64,000 bases of DNA from Candidatus Latescibacterota bacterium (lineage in GTDB: Bacteria; Latescibacterota; UBA2968; GCA-2709665): NCBI GenBank assembly GCA_963667175.2, contig CAXXXF010000003.1:128001-192000 (forward strand), in the 5' to 3' direction. Shown one piece after another: positions 48,970-58,746 of this stretch. Numbering within the stretch: position 1 is the stretch's first letter; every line of letters begins with the position of its first letter. The notes below the pieces were generated by a model. That model was not told the origin of the DNA. It was given only the letters and a program-made list of their open reading frames with translations, and made no database searches. The translations under genes were made by a program, and so were the position numbers.

Positions 48970-50794
48970 TCAGCCCTCCGCGTGCGCCAGTGCGCTGTTG
49001 ACCCTCTCCGTCCACGGATCCGCGACGCGGGCTTCGTATCTCCCGTCGTTGAAGTAGGCGGACTTGGGCATATTGCGGTCTTCCAGGATCGCCCGGCGAT
49101 GTGACTTCCTGAGGCGCGGCCTGAGTCTGCGAAGGCCCGCGGCCTTCTCCCGGGTCTCCGGCCCGACGGGCAGCGCGCACACTTCGTCGGCCATGTGCCA
49201 GCCGCGAATGAGGGTTGCGGGAAAGGGAAACCAGCGGCGGATGGAGGCGATTCTCAGCCGGACGAGCGGGTCCCGCGTGGCGTTATAGGCGCGGCCGAGC
49301 GTGGTTTCCAGCGTATCCACGTCGTCGGTGGTGAAACAGTCGACCTGGTCGTACAGTCCCCGAAGGCCCTGGAACCACCGCCCCTTCCGGGGACGGCGCC
49401 AGATGGCCTCGAGGGTATCGTAGAAGGCGCGGACTTCGCCGGCGGCGCCCCGGTACAGGCGGGTGAAGAATTCATCGAGCAGCTTCTCCACGTCCAGGTC
49501 CGCGTTCCACCAGAGCTTGGACGCCAGCCAGATCTGCGGTCCGAAGGCGGGCCAGTGAGGATAGGCTTCGGCGTAGAAGCCTTTGACGCCGGCCTGGTGT
49601 TGGAACTTGATGTCGTCGGCCCATCAGGCCCGGGAAATAACGCGGCAGCACCCAGCCCAGGCCGTAATAGTCGTACTTGCAGACGTGGTCGCACTGCTTG
49701 AGCCATGAGAGGATGAACTCCCGGTCTTTGTCCCGGTACTCCGTATCCAGGTGCTGCGCCGTGTCCTGCGTGAGGTAGATGGCCGCGTTAGGCTCCAGGC
49801 GATCGATGCGTTTCGGGGTCTCCTCCACGTTGTGGTAGGCCAGGCATCCCACGAATTTTCCGGGGTGGGATTCCTGCAGGGCGCGGGCGACCGTGTTGAA
49901 ATAGGTGAACCACCGGTCGGAGTAGATCGGACGCCCCCGGAACTCCAGACCGGGTATATCGAGCGCGCGGCAGTTGTCGCACAGGCAGAAGTTCCCGTTG
50001 TCGTTCATCCCGAGCGAGAAACAGTGCGCCCCGGGGTGCTCGTCGAAATAGTCCCGCGTGGCCCTGATGGTAATATCCACGACCTCGGGGTTGCTGGTGC
50101 AGGGCTGTCCGAACAGGCCGTTGCTTACGTTGTCGCTCTCCGGTACGAGCCGCTCCCCGTCGATGAGCGCGTAGTACTCCGGGTGGGTTTTTCCGTAGCG
50201 GGCGACCGGAAAGATCTTGTACAGGGCGTGGTGGAAGCCGGCATAGGGCAGCTCGTGCCGCCGGCTGGAGACGCGGTTGCGGCGTTCCCAGCGATGTCCC
50301 TCCGATCCCGCGATTCCGCTGAACACGCGGAAGAGGAAGTGGGGGGTTCCCGTTTCGTTTACCGGCGCGATCTTGAGCGTGGTTTGCACCGGGACGTCTT
50401 CGAAGAGTTCGCCGGGCATGAACCAGCGGACGCCCAGGTGGTCTTCCAGAAAGCCGTAGACGCCGTATACAGTTCCGGCTTCGCTGCCGCCCAGGATGAA
50501 GAGGTCCCTGCCGGCGGTATGGATGCGGTACCCCTCCACGCCGGCGTCTCCGGCATCCAGGTTCAACTTTCGGGCGTACGCGGTGGCCCCCACGTGGATG
50601 GCTGTTCTCCCGCGGGGGCGCGGGCTTTCCGCTGTCGGTACCCATCGGGGGCGCCATCCCGATCATTTTTTCAAGGATGGCCTGCAGGTCCCCGGCGGTT
50701 GTCGCGAAGGCGTGTCTCCGGCGCCATCGGGCACGACGATGGTGCTCCGTGGCTGACCATTTTCTGCGAGGGTGAGGGTTCTGTATCGGCGCAT
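48970..50794 (-). pseudogene. DUF4838-domain protein, split by about three frameshifts (~50710, ~50610, ~49620)
   Basis: Reconstructed reading MRRYRTLTLAENGQPRSTIVVP / AGDLQAILEKMIG / AIHVGAT...GTVYGVYGFLE..LGVRWF..QPCTSNP...YFPGLM / ADDIKFQHQAGVKGFYAE...LWWN. Confidence 0.75.
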
Positions 50795-50795
50795 G

Positions 50796-52046
50796 TCAGT
50801 TTTCCCCCTGCTGAGGTTGAGGATGGGGCGGTTTGCCTGTCTGAAGGAACCGTTGGGTCAGGCGACGGCTGATTTCCGGATAGACGGCGATGAAGTGGTC
50901 CCGCATGGTTGGAAACTGAAAGGCATCGGCGGTCTCGAATTCCGTTTCGAGGTCCTGTTTCCGGGGCATGTGGCAGTCGATGCAGTTGGACTGCATCGCG
51001 TCTCCGAGTTCGGCTGACAACCCGCAGACGTGGGTCTGGTGGCATGCGGCGCAGCGCCGGGAGAACAGAGCCAGGTTTCCACGCTCCAGGGCGTGCGGGT
51101 CGTGGCAGGTGACGCAGGTCATCCCCGCGCTTTGCTGGAAACACTTCGATTTCGTCAGCCGGGGTAGCTGGTTGGTGCTGTGGACGCCGATTCTGTTCTG
51201 TTCTTCGTGGGCGTCGAGTTCGAGATAATCGCTCAGGGGCTCTCCGGGACGGAAGGAAAAAGGCCGCTGAAGCGGGTTGCCCACCCCGGAGTGGCATTGC
51301 GCGCAGAGGTCGATCAGTCGCGGCGGGTCCAGCGTGCCGGGATGCAGGACGTGGGGCGTTTCCTTCCCATCGGGATTGGCGCGCTGGTAGGCCGCGTGGT
51401 CCGCGCCGGGTCCGTGGCACCGCTCGCATGAGACGCCAAGAACCAGGCGGTCCCTGTTGTATGCGTTACTGGAATAGGATTCCGATTTGGAATAGGTCGT
51501 ATGACACTCGAGGCATCGGGGGACGACGCCGCGTGAGAAATTCACCTCGCCATCGGGGTAGCCCGGGCTGTTAATCCACCGCTGTTGCTGCGTGAAGTAG
51601 GAAATGGGCAGTTGGTAGAGGCGGTCGCCCTGCCAGAAGAGATAGGTCTGGCCGATTTTTCCGGAGCCGGTGACAACGTCGATGCGTTCGGTCCGCCGGT
51701 AGGCGCCGTCTCCCTTTCCGATAATGGCCGTCTGAAAGAATCCGTCTGCTGTGGCGGTGATTTCGAAGCGGAGATTGGGATTCCGGGTCCGGACGACGGC
51801 GTGGTCGGGAGAAAAGCTGCCGAGAATCGCTTCGGCATCGGGCAGGCGGGAGGTGAGATGGTGGGCGGTGCGCCGGAACGCATCGAACCGGTCGAGGTGA
51901 CACTCCGCGCAGGCCTGCGCGCCGATGTAGCCAGGTGAACGGGTTTCGCCGCCCGCGTCTCCGCTGTCCGCCACGATTCGGGCGGTCAGTAGAGGCTGGA
52001 ATAGAAGAAATACGAGTACGGTTAGCCTGTAGCGGGATCGTGCCAT
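50796..52046 (-). CDS. Periplasmic multiheme c-type cytochrome (7 CxxCH; c554/c552-like)
   Basis: Signal peptide, then CAECH, CLECH, CERCH, CAQCH, CVTCH, CAACH and CIDCH. Confidence 0.9.
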   Translation of the reverse strand: MARSRYRLTVLVFLLFQPLLTARIVADSGDAGGETRSPGYIGAQACAECHLDRFDAFRRTAHHLTSRLPDAEAILGSFSPDHAVVRTRNPNLRFEITATADGFFQTAIIGKGDGAYRRTERIDVVTGSGKIGQTYLFWQGDRLYQLPISYFTQQQRWINSPGYPDGEVNFSRGVVPRCLECHTTYSKSESYSSNAYNRDRLVLGVSCERCHGPGADHAAYQRANPDGKETPHVLHPGTLDPPRLIDLCAQCHSGVGNPLQRPFSFRPGEPLSDYLELDAHEEQNRIGVHSTNQLPRLTKSKCFQQSAGMTCVTCHDPHALERGNLALFSRRCAACHQTHVCGLSAELGDAMQSNCIDCHMPRKQDLETEFETADAFQFPTMRDHFIAVYPEISRRLTQRFLQTGKPPHPQPQQGEN

Positions 52047-52142
52047 AGCGGTATCGTATTTCGCATGACATATGGACCGGCGATAGCGAAATCATGCGCG
52101 CACGTACGCCGGATGTCAAACGAAAACTCGAAAGGCGGCGTC

Positions 52143-53138
52143 ATGTCGAAAACACGGTTTGCGAATCGATGGTCTTGCCGGGTCCCCACCGGCGTTCGCC
52201 TCGCGACGTCTGCAGTCCTCGCCGCGTTGAGTTGGTTTGTTGACCCCTCGGCGGCCAGCGCCCAGGGGCAGGGCGGCTTCTATCTGCGGGGCGATTTTGG
52301 CGACTCGGATGCGCTGACCGTTCGGGGGAGCATCGAGGGCGTCGATCAGCCGACGCGTTGCGACCGGCTGCTGCATCCCGATGCGGCCACAATACCACGC
52401 GATCCGGCATGCACTGAGATTGCAACCGGAGTGGTCGCTAGCGTCGAGTTTGATCGGGGCGCGGAAACCATGACCAGCTCAACCGCTCTCGCGTTGGGGT
52501 ACTCCCGTGGTTGGCTGCGATTGGAAGCCGAGTTGAGCAATACGGTACTGGGCGCAACCTCGGCGCCGCTGTTGGACGCCGGCCGGTGGGCGCCGGAGAG
52601 GGTGCATGAGTGGAGCGCGGTCGAACAACCTCGAGCCAGACTTTCGGGGTTCAACGTCACGGACATGTTCGTGAACGTACTCCTCGACTTCAACAATTCT
52701 TCGCGCTTCACGCCGTTCGTCGGCGTTGGAGGCGGCGTCTCCAATGTCATTCTCGTCTTCGACGGTTTGCGGGTGCGACGAACGCTCGCCAACGGATTCG
52801 CTCCGGCAGGCGGTGTAGAACCTGCCGCGTACGTCGCAATTCCTGCATGGCAGACGCGCGCGGCAGCCACGACCGATGCCGTGTCGCTCCCTTTGGCCGA
52901 ATCGACACAAGGATCGAACCTGATCGGCGGGGTGGCGTATGAGGCGAACGAGCGATTCAGTATTGCGCTTCGAGGGCGCTATGCGCGTTACCGGGATATC
53001 CGAAAACATGGAACGTGGGACCTGGTGCGAAGTCACGCGCCGGTGCTCGCGGACGGGACGACGCCCGCGACGTTCGACCTGGTGCTCAGCGGCATCGTGT
53101 TCTATGCGGTCACCATTTCGTTCGTGTACGACATCTAA
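52143..53138 (+). CDS. Outer-membrane beta-barrel protein (opacity/OmpA-like surface antigen)
   Basis: Signal peptide, then GFYL, LGYS...RLEAE, FVN...DF...FTPFVGVGGG and C-terminal FVYDI. Confidence 0.7.
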   Translation: MSKTRFANRWSCRVPTGVRLATSAVLAALSWFVDPSAASAQGQGGFYLRGDFGDSDALTVRGSIEGVDQPTRCDRLLHPDAATIPRDPACTEIATGVVASVEFDRGAETMTSSTALALGYSRGWLRLEAELSNTVLGATSAPLLDAGRWAPERVHEWSAVEQPRARLSGFNVTDMFVNVLLDFNNSSRFTPFVGVGGGVSNVILVFDGLRVRRTLANGFAPAGGVEPAAYVAIPAWQTRAAATTDAVSLPLAESTQGSNLIGGVAYEANERFSIALRGRYARYRDIRKHGTWDLVRSHAPVLADGTTPATFDLVLSGIVFYAVTISFVYDI

Positions 53139-53199
53139 CGGGCTGCCATTTCCGATAGATGATGTGGTCGGACCTCATGTCATATGAAGGGATTGCGCA

Positions 53200-54240
53200 A
53201 TGTCGAAAGTACGAATCGCGGTTGTGGGAGCGGGGAACATGGCACGGGTTCGCGGCCATGCGTTTCTGGATACCGGCCGTGCGGAAATCTGTGGCGTGGC
53301 CGCGCGCCGGCGGGAGACGGCCGAACGCTGCGCGGAGGAGTTGGGGTGCGGGGTTTTCTTCGACGACTACGGGCTGTTGGTCGAATCGCGTCCCGATGCG
53401 GTCCTGATCGAGGTACCGCATTTCGTTCAGGACGAGGTCTCTCTGTGGGCGCTGGATGCCGGCTGGGATCTCCTCATCGGCGGCTGTCTCGCTTCGTCTC
53501 CGGAGAATGGGAATCGGATTGTGGAAACGGCGGACCGGTCGGGACGGATCGTGGAGGCCGGGTTTCAGCGACGCTACGACCCGGCCTGGGAGGAGATCCG
53601 TCGCCTGGTGGCGGGCGGCGAACTCGGCGCGCCGGTGATGGCGGTCACGATGGCCCTCTGGAATCCGGACCCGGGCGCCTGGTACTACGATCAGGCGGAG
53701 AGCGGGGGCATGCCGCTGACCCACATGAGCTACTGCTATCTGAATGCCGTTCGCTGGATTCTGGGCAGGCCGGCCACCGTGTCCGCGATGGCCAATCGCA
53801 AGCGGAATACCTCGCCCGTTCAGGTTACGGAAGAGACCTGCGGGGCCCTGATCGGGTTCGAAAACGGTGCCTTTGCTTCGGCCACGGCCAGCTACATCGG
53901 CCCGGATGGAATGCCCGATCCGCAGCCGCGTTTCGTCTGCTCGGAGGGCGGTGTCATGCCCAATGCGGACAGCCCGCCAGGCAAGGATTCCATCACTGTT
54001 TACAAGGGGGGCCGCTCGGAGACCCGGGAGTTTGAGAGTCAGCCGTCTTCGACGGTCCGGCAGGCGCACGCTTTTCTCGATGCCGTCGAGAACCGCCGCG
54101 AGGCGCGCAATCCTCCGGAAGACGCCCTGCTCGACGTCGAGATCGCCCAAGCCATCGCAATCTCAGCCAGGGAACAGAGGACGGTTTCGCTGGCGGAGAA
54201 ATGGCAGCGATCATCCATCAGTTTTCAGCAGTCAGAATGA
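53200..54240 (+). CDS. Gfo/Idh/MocA family oxidoreductase (lacks canonical EKP)
   Basis: IAVVGAG, GFQRRYDP, GELG and WYYD...GG. The EKP position reads IGGCL. Confidence 0.85.
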   Translation: MSKVRIAVVGAGNMARVRGHAFLDTGRAEICGVAARRRETAERCAEELGCGVFFDDYGLLVESRPDAVLIEVPHFVQDEVSLWALDAGWDLLIGGCLASSPENGNRIVETADRSGRIVEAGFQRRYDPAWEEIRRLVAGGELGAPVMAVTMALWNPDPGAWYYDQAESGGMPLTHMSYCYLNAVRWILGRPATVSAMANRKRNTSPVQVTEETCGALIGFENGAFASATASYIGPDGMPDPQPRFVCSEGGVMPNADSPPGKDSITVYKGGRSETREFESQPSSTVRQAHAFLDAVENRREARNPPEDALLDVEIAQAIAISAREQRTVSLAEKWQRSSISFQQSE

Positions 54241-54303
54241 AGCGAAAATCAGCTCACACGGAGACACAAAGACACAAAGGAAAACAAACCAGCAATCAGC
54301 TAA

Positions 54304-54443
54304 ACCTCTCCCCCCGGCCTGCCTGCGCCGAGTTCTGCTCGGCAGGCAGGCCCCCTCTCCCGAGGGGAGAGGGGGAGAAAACCAGGACGCCGAGGGGGGA
54401 TCACAGTTCCCCCTTCCCCACGGGAAGGTGATAGGGGGTAGGT
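54304..54443. repeat. REP-like hairpin pair carrying a 33-nt palindromic insert (54318..54350)
   Basis: Matches 39531..39656 once the insert is removed. Confidence 0.75.
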
Positions 54444-54547
54444 TGGCGGCAATGGGGCTGGGGATTTTTCGAGGGTATCTTCGGACAGCACACTGGATCC
54501 GAGGTGGATTCGTATGGAGATTGGGAAAGCGTAACGAAAGTGTTCGG

Positions 54548-57379
54548 ATGATCAAGGACGATCATCGAACGTCGATCGCGTTGCGACGTCTGTTTGTCGC
54601 GGTGCTTTTCATTGCCGTCTCAACAAACGCCGAGGAGATCCATGCCATGAAGACCGAAGAAGGTACCAGCGCTCCTGCCGCATCCCGTATTTTTGCATTA
54701 AGTGGTCAGGTCGTCCTGCAGGCGGAGGACGCCGTCATCGACCCCGATCGTACGGAGGTCGTCGCGCAGAGCTCGTTCACCAGTAAAAAAGGCGTTGCAC
54801 TGAAGGCCGGTGTGGCCACCAGCGTGGGTTCGCCGGGGGCCGAGCCGGACCTGGTTTTCAAGGTGCGCGCCGCCAGGGCGGGGCGGTACGTGATTCGAAC
54901 GCACGCGGCCACGGACGCCCGGGGAGGTGAGGCGATGCGAGTAGCCGGGAGCAAATTCGATTCGCTGTTCCTGACGATCGCCGTGGGCGACGGCCGCCCC
55001 ACCCGGCGCGTGGTGTTCGTGCCGTGGAGCCGTCCGGAGAGCTGTACGCAGAGTATCGGAAAGTTCGATCTCAACGGACAGGAGCAGGAGATCCGGATCT
55101 GGCTGCCGGAGGGCGTGCGCCTCGATTACGTGGAGGTCGGCCCGTACAGGCCTCCGGAAGTCCCATCGACGGCGACCGACTATCAGCCGTCCGTCGTTCC
55201 GCCGGCTTCGCGACCGCGTATCTGGGTGAACGAGCAGTCGCTGCCGAAGGTCCGAGGAAATCTGAGCAAGGGTGAAAACGCACGGCTTTGGGCGCGGGTC
55301 AGGGAAAACGCGGCCGAACCCTTCGTATTTGAGGTTGAACCGGGTACGGAAGTCGGCTATCACGCGGAACTTGAAAAAGCGGCGGTCGCCAGGGCATTCG
55401 TCTACCTGATGACGGGTGACGAGTCACCCGGCCGGGAAGCGGTGGCGCTGATTCGCGACTATCTTGCCGCCGTGGAATTCGGAAATCTGCTGGACATTAC
55501 CCGGGAAATCGGCCGGGCCATCTACTCGGCCGCACTGGTTTACGACTGGTGCTATGAGCTGATGACACCAGACGACAGGGAAAGCATCCGCGGCGATCTG
55601 ATGCGTCTGGCCGACGACATGGAAATTGGCTGGCCGCCGTTCAAGCAGATCATCGTCAACGGCCACGGCAACGAGGCGCAGGTCAACCGCGACCTGCTCT
55701 GCATGGCCATCGCGATCTACGACGAGGATCCGGTACTCTACCAATACTGCGCCTACCGCGTTCTGGAAGAACTGGTACCCATGCGCCGGTTCGAATACCA
55801 GTCCCCGCGTCACAACCAGGGCGTCAGTTACGGCCCGTACCGGTTCGCCTGGGATATGCACGCCGCCTGGCTCTTCTACCGCATGTCCGGCAAGCGGGTC
55901 TTCGACGACAACATCTCGGAGGTCTGCAAGTTCTGGCTCTACATGCGCTTGCCGAACGAAGAGACCTTCCGGGACGGCGACGGATTCTCCGACGGCAGGC
56001 CCGCAAGCCTCGGAGCCACGGCACTGCTCAGCTACGCCTACAGCAACGATCCTGTCATCAAGCGGGACTTCGAGCGGCAGGGCGGTCTGCCTTCCGACCC
56101 GATCCTGGTGCTGCTGCTGAACGACCCGGACCTGAAGGCGGCGGAGAGTTTCGATTCATTGCCGCGGACCCTGGATTTCGGTCCGGTCATCGGTTCCATG
56201 GTCGCTCGGACCGGCTGGAACATGGGCCCGGGCGTGTCCGACGTGGTTGTGGAAATGAAGGGCGGGGGATATCACTTCGGCAATCACCAGCACGCCGACG
56301 CGGGCAGCTTCCAGATCTATTACCGCGGGCTGCAGGCGGCGGACCTGGGGCAGTACCACTTCTACGGTACGCCCTACGATTTCAATTTCTGCAAGCGTTC
56401 GATTTCGCACAGCATGATGCTGGCGGTCGATCCTGAAGAGCAGTTCATTCGCAATTCCGCCAACGACGGCGGCGCCCGTTTCATTCAATCCTGCCCGACC
56501 ACACCGGAACAGGCGCGTACGGATCCAACCTTCGCCAACGGCGACGTCCTCTCAGCCGACTTCGGGCCGTCGCCACAGCGTCCGTTCTACAGCTATTTCT
56601 CGGTCAATCTGACGTCGGCATACAGCGAGAAGATCGAAGACTACGTCCGGACCTTCTGCTTCCTGAATCTGGACAACGAGCGGACTCCCGCGGCGCTGAT
56701 CGTCCTGGACAACATGACCACCGCCAGACGGGAGTTCAGAAAATACTGGCAGGTCAACACCCTCAACCCGCCCGAAACCACGCCCGACGGCGTGATCCTG
56801 ACAAACAGCAGCGATGGCGAGACCGGCAAGGTCGTTCTGCGAATGCTGCGGCCGGGGCCGGAGGAGCGGGACCTTCAGGTTTTGAGCGGCAGGGACGCCA
56901 ACAGCGTGTTCGGACAGTACTTCACGCCGCCGAAACCCGACCGGCCGGAAGCGAACGGGCATCGTGTGATGTTCTCGCCTTCCAAAGAGCAGGCCAACGA
57001 TGTGTTCCTTACGGTGATGTCAATGTCCGACGTGCAGGCGACGGACCTGCCGGTCGCCCTCGTGGAACTCCCCGAAGCCTTCGTCGTTTCGCTGGCCGAC
57101 AGGGTGGTAGTCTTGAGCCGTACCGGCAGACTGCTGGAGCAGACGCTGCAGGTTGACGTGACGGGTGATGATCGCTGCCAGTTACTGCTGGCCGGCCTGG
57201 CGCCGGGCGTATGGAGTATCCGGGACCGGGACGGCAGGGTTCAGTACAACACCCGCGTCGACGATCGCCGAAACACCGCGTTCTTCGTGGTACCGAATGG
57301 GGAATATACGGTTCAGCCCGAAGCCATCCCCGGCGCACCCGAGTTCCAGGCGGCGCCGGACTTCATGCCCGCCGGTTGA
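54548..57379 (+). CDS. Heparinase II (PL21)-like heparin/heparan sulfate lyase
   Basis: GHGNE..NRDLL.MAIAIYDE, HNQGVSY, RDGD, ARTGW and GNHQH.DAGSFQIYY resemble HepII motifs. Signal peptide-like N-terminus. Confidence 0.8.
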   Translation: MIKDDHRTSIALRRLFVAVLFIAVSTNAEEIHAMKTEEGTSAPAASRIFALSGQVVLQAEDAVIDPDRTEVVAQSSFTSKKGVALKAGVATSVGSPGAEPDLVFKVRAARAGRYVIRTHAATDARGGEAMRVAGSKFDSLFLTIAVGDGRPTRRVVFVPWSRPESCTQSIGKFDLNGQEQEIRIWLPEGVRLDYVEVGPYRPPEVPSTATDYQPSVVPPASRPRIWVNEQSLPKVRGNLSKGENARLWARVRENAAEPFVFEVEPGTEVGYHAELEKAAVARAFVYLMTGDESPGREAVALIRDYLAAVEFGNLLDITREIGRAIYSAALVYDWCYELMTPDDRESIRGDLMRLADDMEIGWPPFKQIIVNGHGNEAQVNRDLLCMAIAIYDEDPVLYQYCAYRVLEELVPMRRFEYQSPRHNQGVSYGPYRFAWDMHAAWLFYRMSGKRVFDDNISEVCKFWLYMRLPNEETFRDGDGFSDGRPASLGATALLSYAYSNDPVIKRDFERQGGLPSDPILVLLLNDPDLKAAESFDSLPRTLDFGPVIGSMVARTGWNMGPGVSDVVVEMKGGGYHFGNHQHADAGSFQIYYRGLQAADLGQYHFYGTPYDFNFCKRSISHSMMLAVDPEEQFIRNSANDGGARFIQSCPTTPEQARTDPTFANGDVLSADFGPSPQRPFYSYFSVNLTSAYSEKIEDYVRTFCFLNLDNERTPAALIVLDNMTTARREFRKYWQVNTLNPPETTPDGVILTNSSDGETGKVVLRMLRPGPEERDLQVLSGRDANSVFGQYFTPPKPDRPEANGHRVMFSPSKEQANDVFLTVMSMSDVQATDLPVALVELPEAFVVSLADRVVVLSRTGRLLEQTLQVDVTGDDRCQLLLAGLAPGVWSIRDRDGRVQYNTRVDDRRNTAFFVVPNGEYTVQPEAIPGAPEFQAAPDFMPAG

Positions 57380-57761
57380 CGAGCGGTGGGCTGAAAGCAG
57401 GCGGGAAGGTGATATGCAGGGGTTGGTGGATCTGGACGAGGATTTTCTACCGGATGTCGAAATGGCCGAAGCCGGTTCCATCTTTACCTGGGAACAGAAA
57501 ACGGTTTACCTGGCAGGTATCAAATGAAGGGAGGGGAAATGAAACGGCGGGACAGGAGGGTCATTTCGGTAGCCCGCGCTATAGGCAACGTCGGGTACCA
57601 ACCATTTATTGAATTCAAGGGCTCGTAGGCGTCACGACACCGGCGCTATTCGGAATTCCTACCGACGTAACCGATCAAGCATCTGCAGGAGAATGGGGAT
57701 ATTTCAGATGTGATTATGACTTGGTTCGCGACATTGGAGGACCGTAAGAGACTGAATCCAC

Positions 57762-58169
57762 CTAATCGATATCCCACCAGACGGAATTCGCGACGATAGC
57801 GTCGCGGACAGCCATTTTCTTGCGCCCCTTTATTAATGAATGGGCATCGTTAGAGCCCTGGTCAGAATCCCTAATCGGATCGTATATGACTTGCTGCTTC
57901 CAGGCCGGAACGATCTCACCCTCTCTTTTCGGATTGCGAGGGTTCTTGATCTCGTCACAAATCGTGATTTCGATTACCCTTGTCTTACCTTGCTCCACGT
58001 GTAAGGATGTTCTCGGATCATGACGGAACCTCGCCCAATCACAGGAGAGCTCAATATCACCAAATAGCGACCCGGGAATCTCCACTTGATCTTTCGGAAA
58101 GGCTTCGCTACGACACCACCTGTATAATACCTCTCCGTTCGGAATCTCACTACCGGGAGATGGAGGCAT
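57762..58169 (-). CDS. Small protein, putative ADP-ribosyltransferase-like toxin
   Basis: EVLYR...F...LSCDW...SNDAHSLI pattern. Start overlaps the upstream gene by 20 nt. The function is an inference. Confidence 0.6.
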   Translation of the reverse strand: MPPSPGSEIPNGEVLYRWCRSEAFPKDQVEIPGSLFGDIELSCDWARFRHDPRTSLHVEQGKTRVIEITICDEIKNPRNPKREGEIVPAWKQQVIYDPIRDSDQGSNDAHSLIKGRKKMAVRDAIVANSVWWDID

Positions 58170-58746
58170 ATTGAGATGTCACCGTACCATTCAACTCATT
58201 CGCCGACAGATTGAATTCGTAATAGTAGCCGCCGTATTGCACCTCCAGTTCTACACGATCATCGTTCGATATCGTCACGTGGATTGAATTATCGTCATCC
58301 GCATGAAGTTCAACGAGTATTCCTCCGCTTGGGATTGGACCCATAACTATTCTCGGAATGAGGCAGAGTTCCTCGCTGAATATCTTTCTTTTTATGTAGA
58401 GAAGCAACTCTTGGGAACGGAGAATCGCAGAGGATGATGGATTGACGGCGCCGCCGGACACCCAATCTGATTCAAGATTCCTCAACCCCTCAAGATAGCT
58501 ACACCTTTTGGACACAAGAGAGGCGAAACTCTGAATTCCGATTTCTTTCCAATCGTCTGACCGGGCGCAACTACCATAATTGACTGCGCCGAAGGCCGAA
58601 ATATCCGACGTATCAGGAGTGCGGACCTCCTCGACGAAAATCGAAACAGGAGTCCCCTGCAACTTATCAAAAACCGCCTCCTTGTGATTGCTCAACGCTG
58701 ATGGCGAATCAATCTCATAGGGGGCTTGGAATGTGTCTAGGCCCAT
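58150..58746 (-). CDS. Hypothetical protein, putative antitoxin/immunity-like
   Basis: L..L...W.SGGA..PS..AI...P.I...P.GGI.VE pattern. Overlaps both neighbours. Confidence 0.65.
   Translation of the reverse strand: MGLDTFQAPYEIDSPSALSNHKEAVFDKLQGTPVSIFVEEVRTPDTSDISAFGAVNYGSCARSDDWKEIGIQSFASLVSKRCSYLEGLRNLESDWVSGGAVNPSSSAILRSQELLLYIKRKIFSEELCLIPRIVMGPIPSGGILVELHADDDNSIHVTISNDDRVELEVQYGGYYYEFNLSANELNGTVTSQYASISR

Noticed and set aside
9420-54450. CRISPR array
   Set aside because: Repeats are dispersed, without regular repeat-spacer periodicity, and there are no cas genes.
53867-54547. Apparent N-terminal extension of the 1170-aa lyase
   Set aside because: It is read-through across the oxidoreductase 3' end and repeat DNA. 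The signal peptide begins near 54548.
57415-57612. 37-aa ORF and neighbouring short ORF after the HepII-like gene
   Set aside because: Too short, with no recognisable motif. Possibly a remnant at the island edge.
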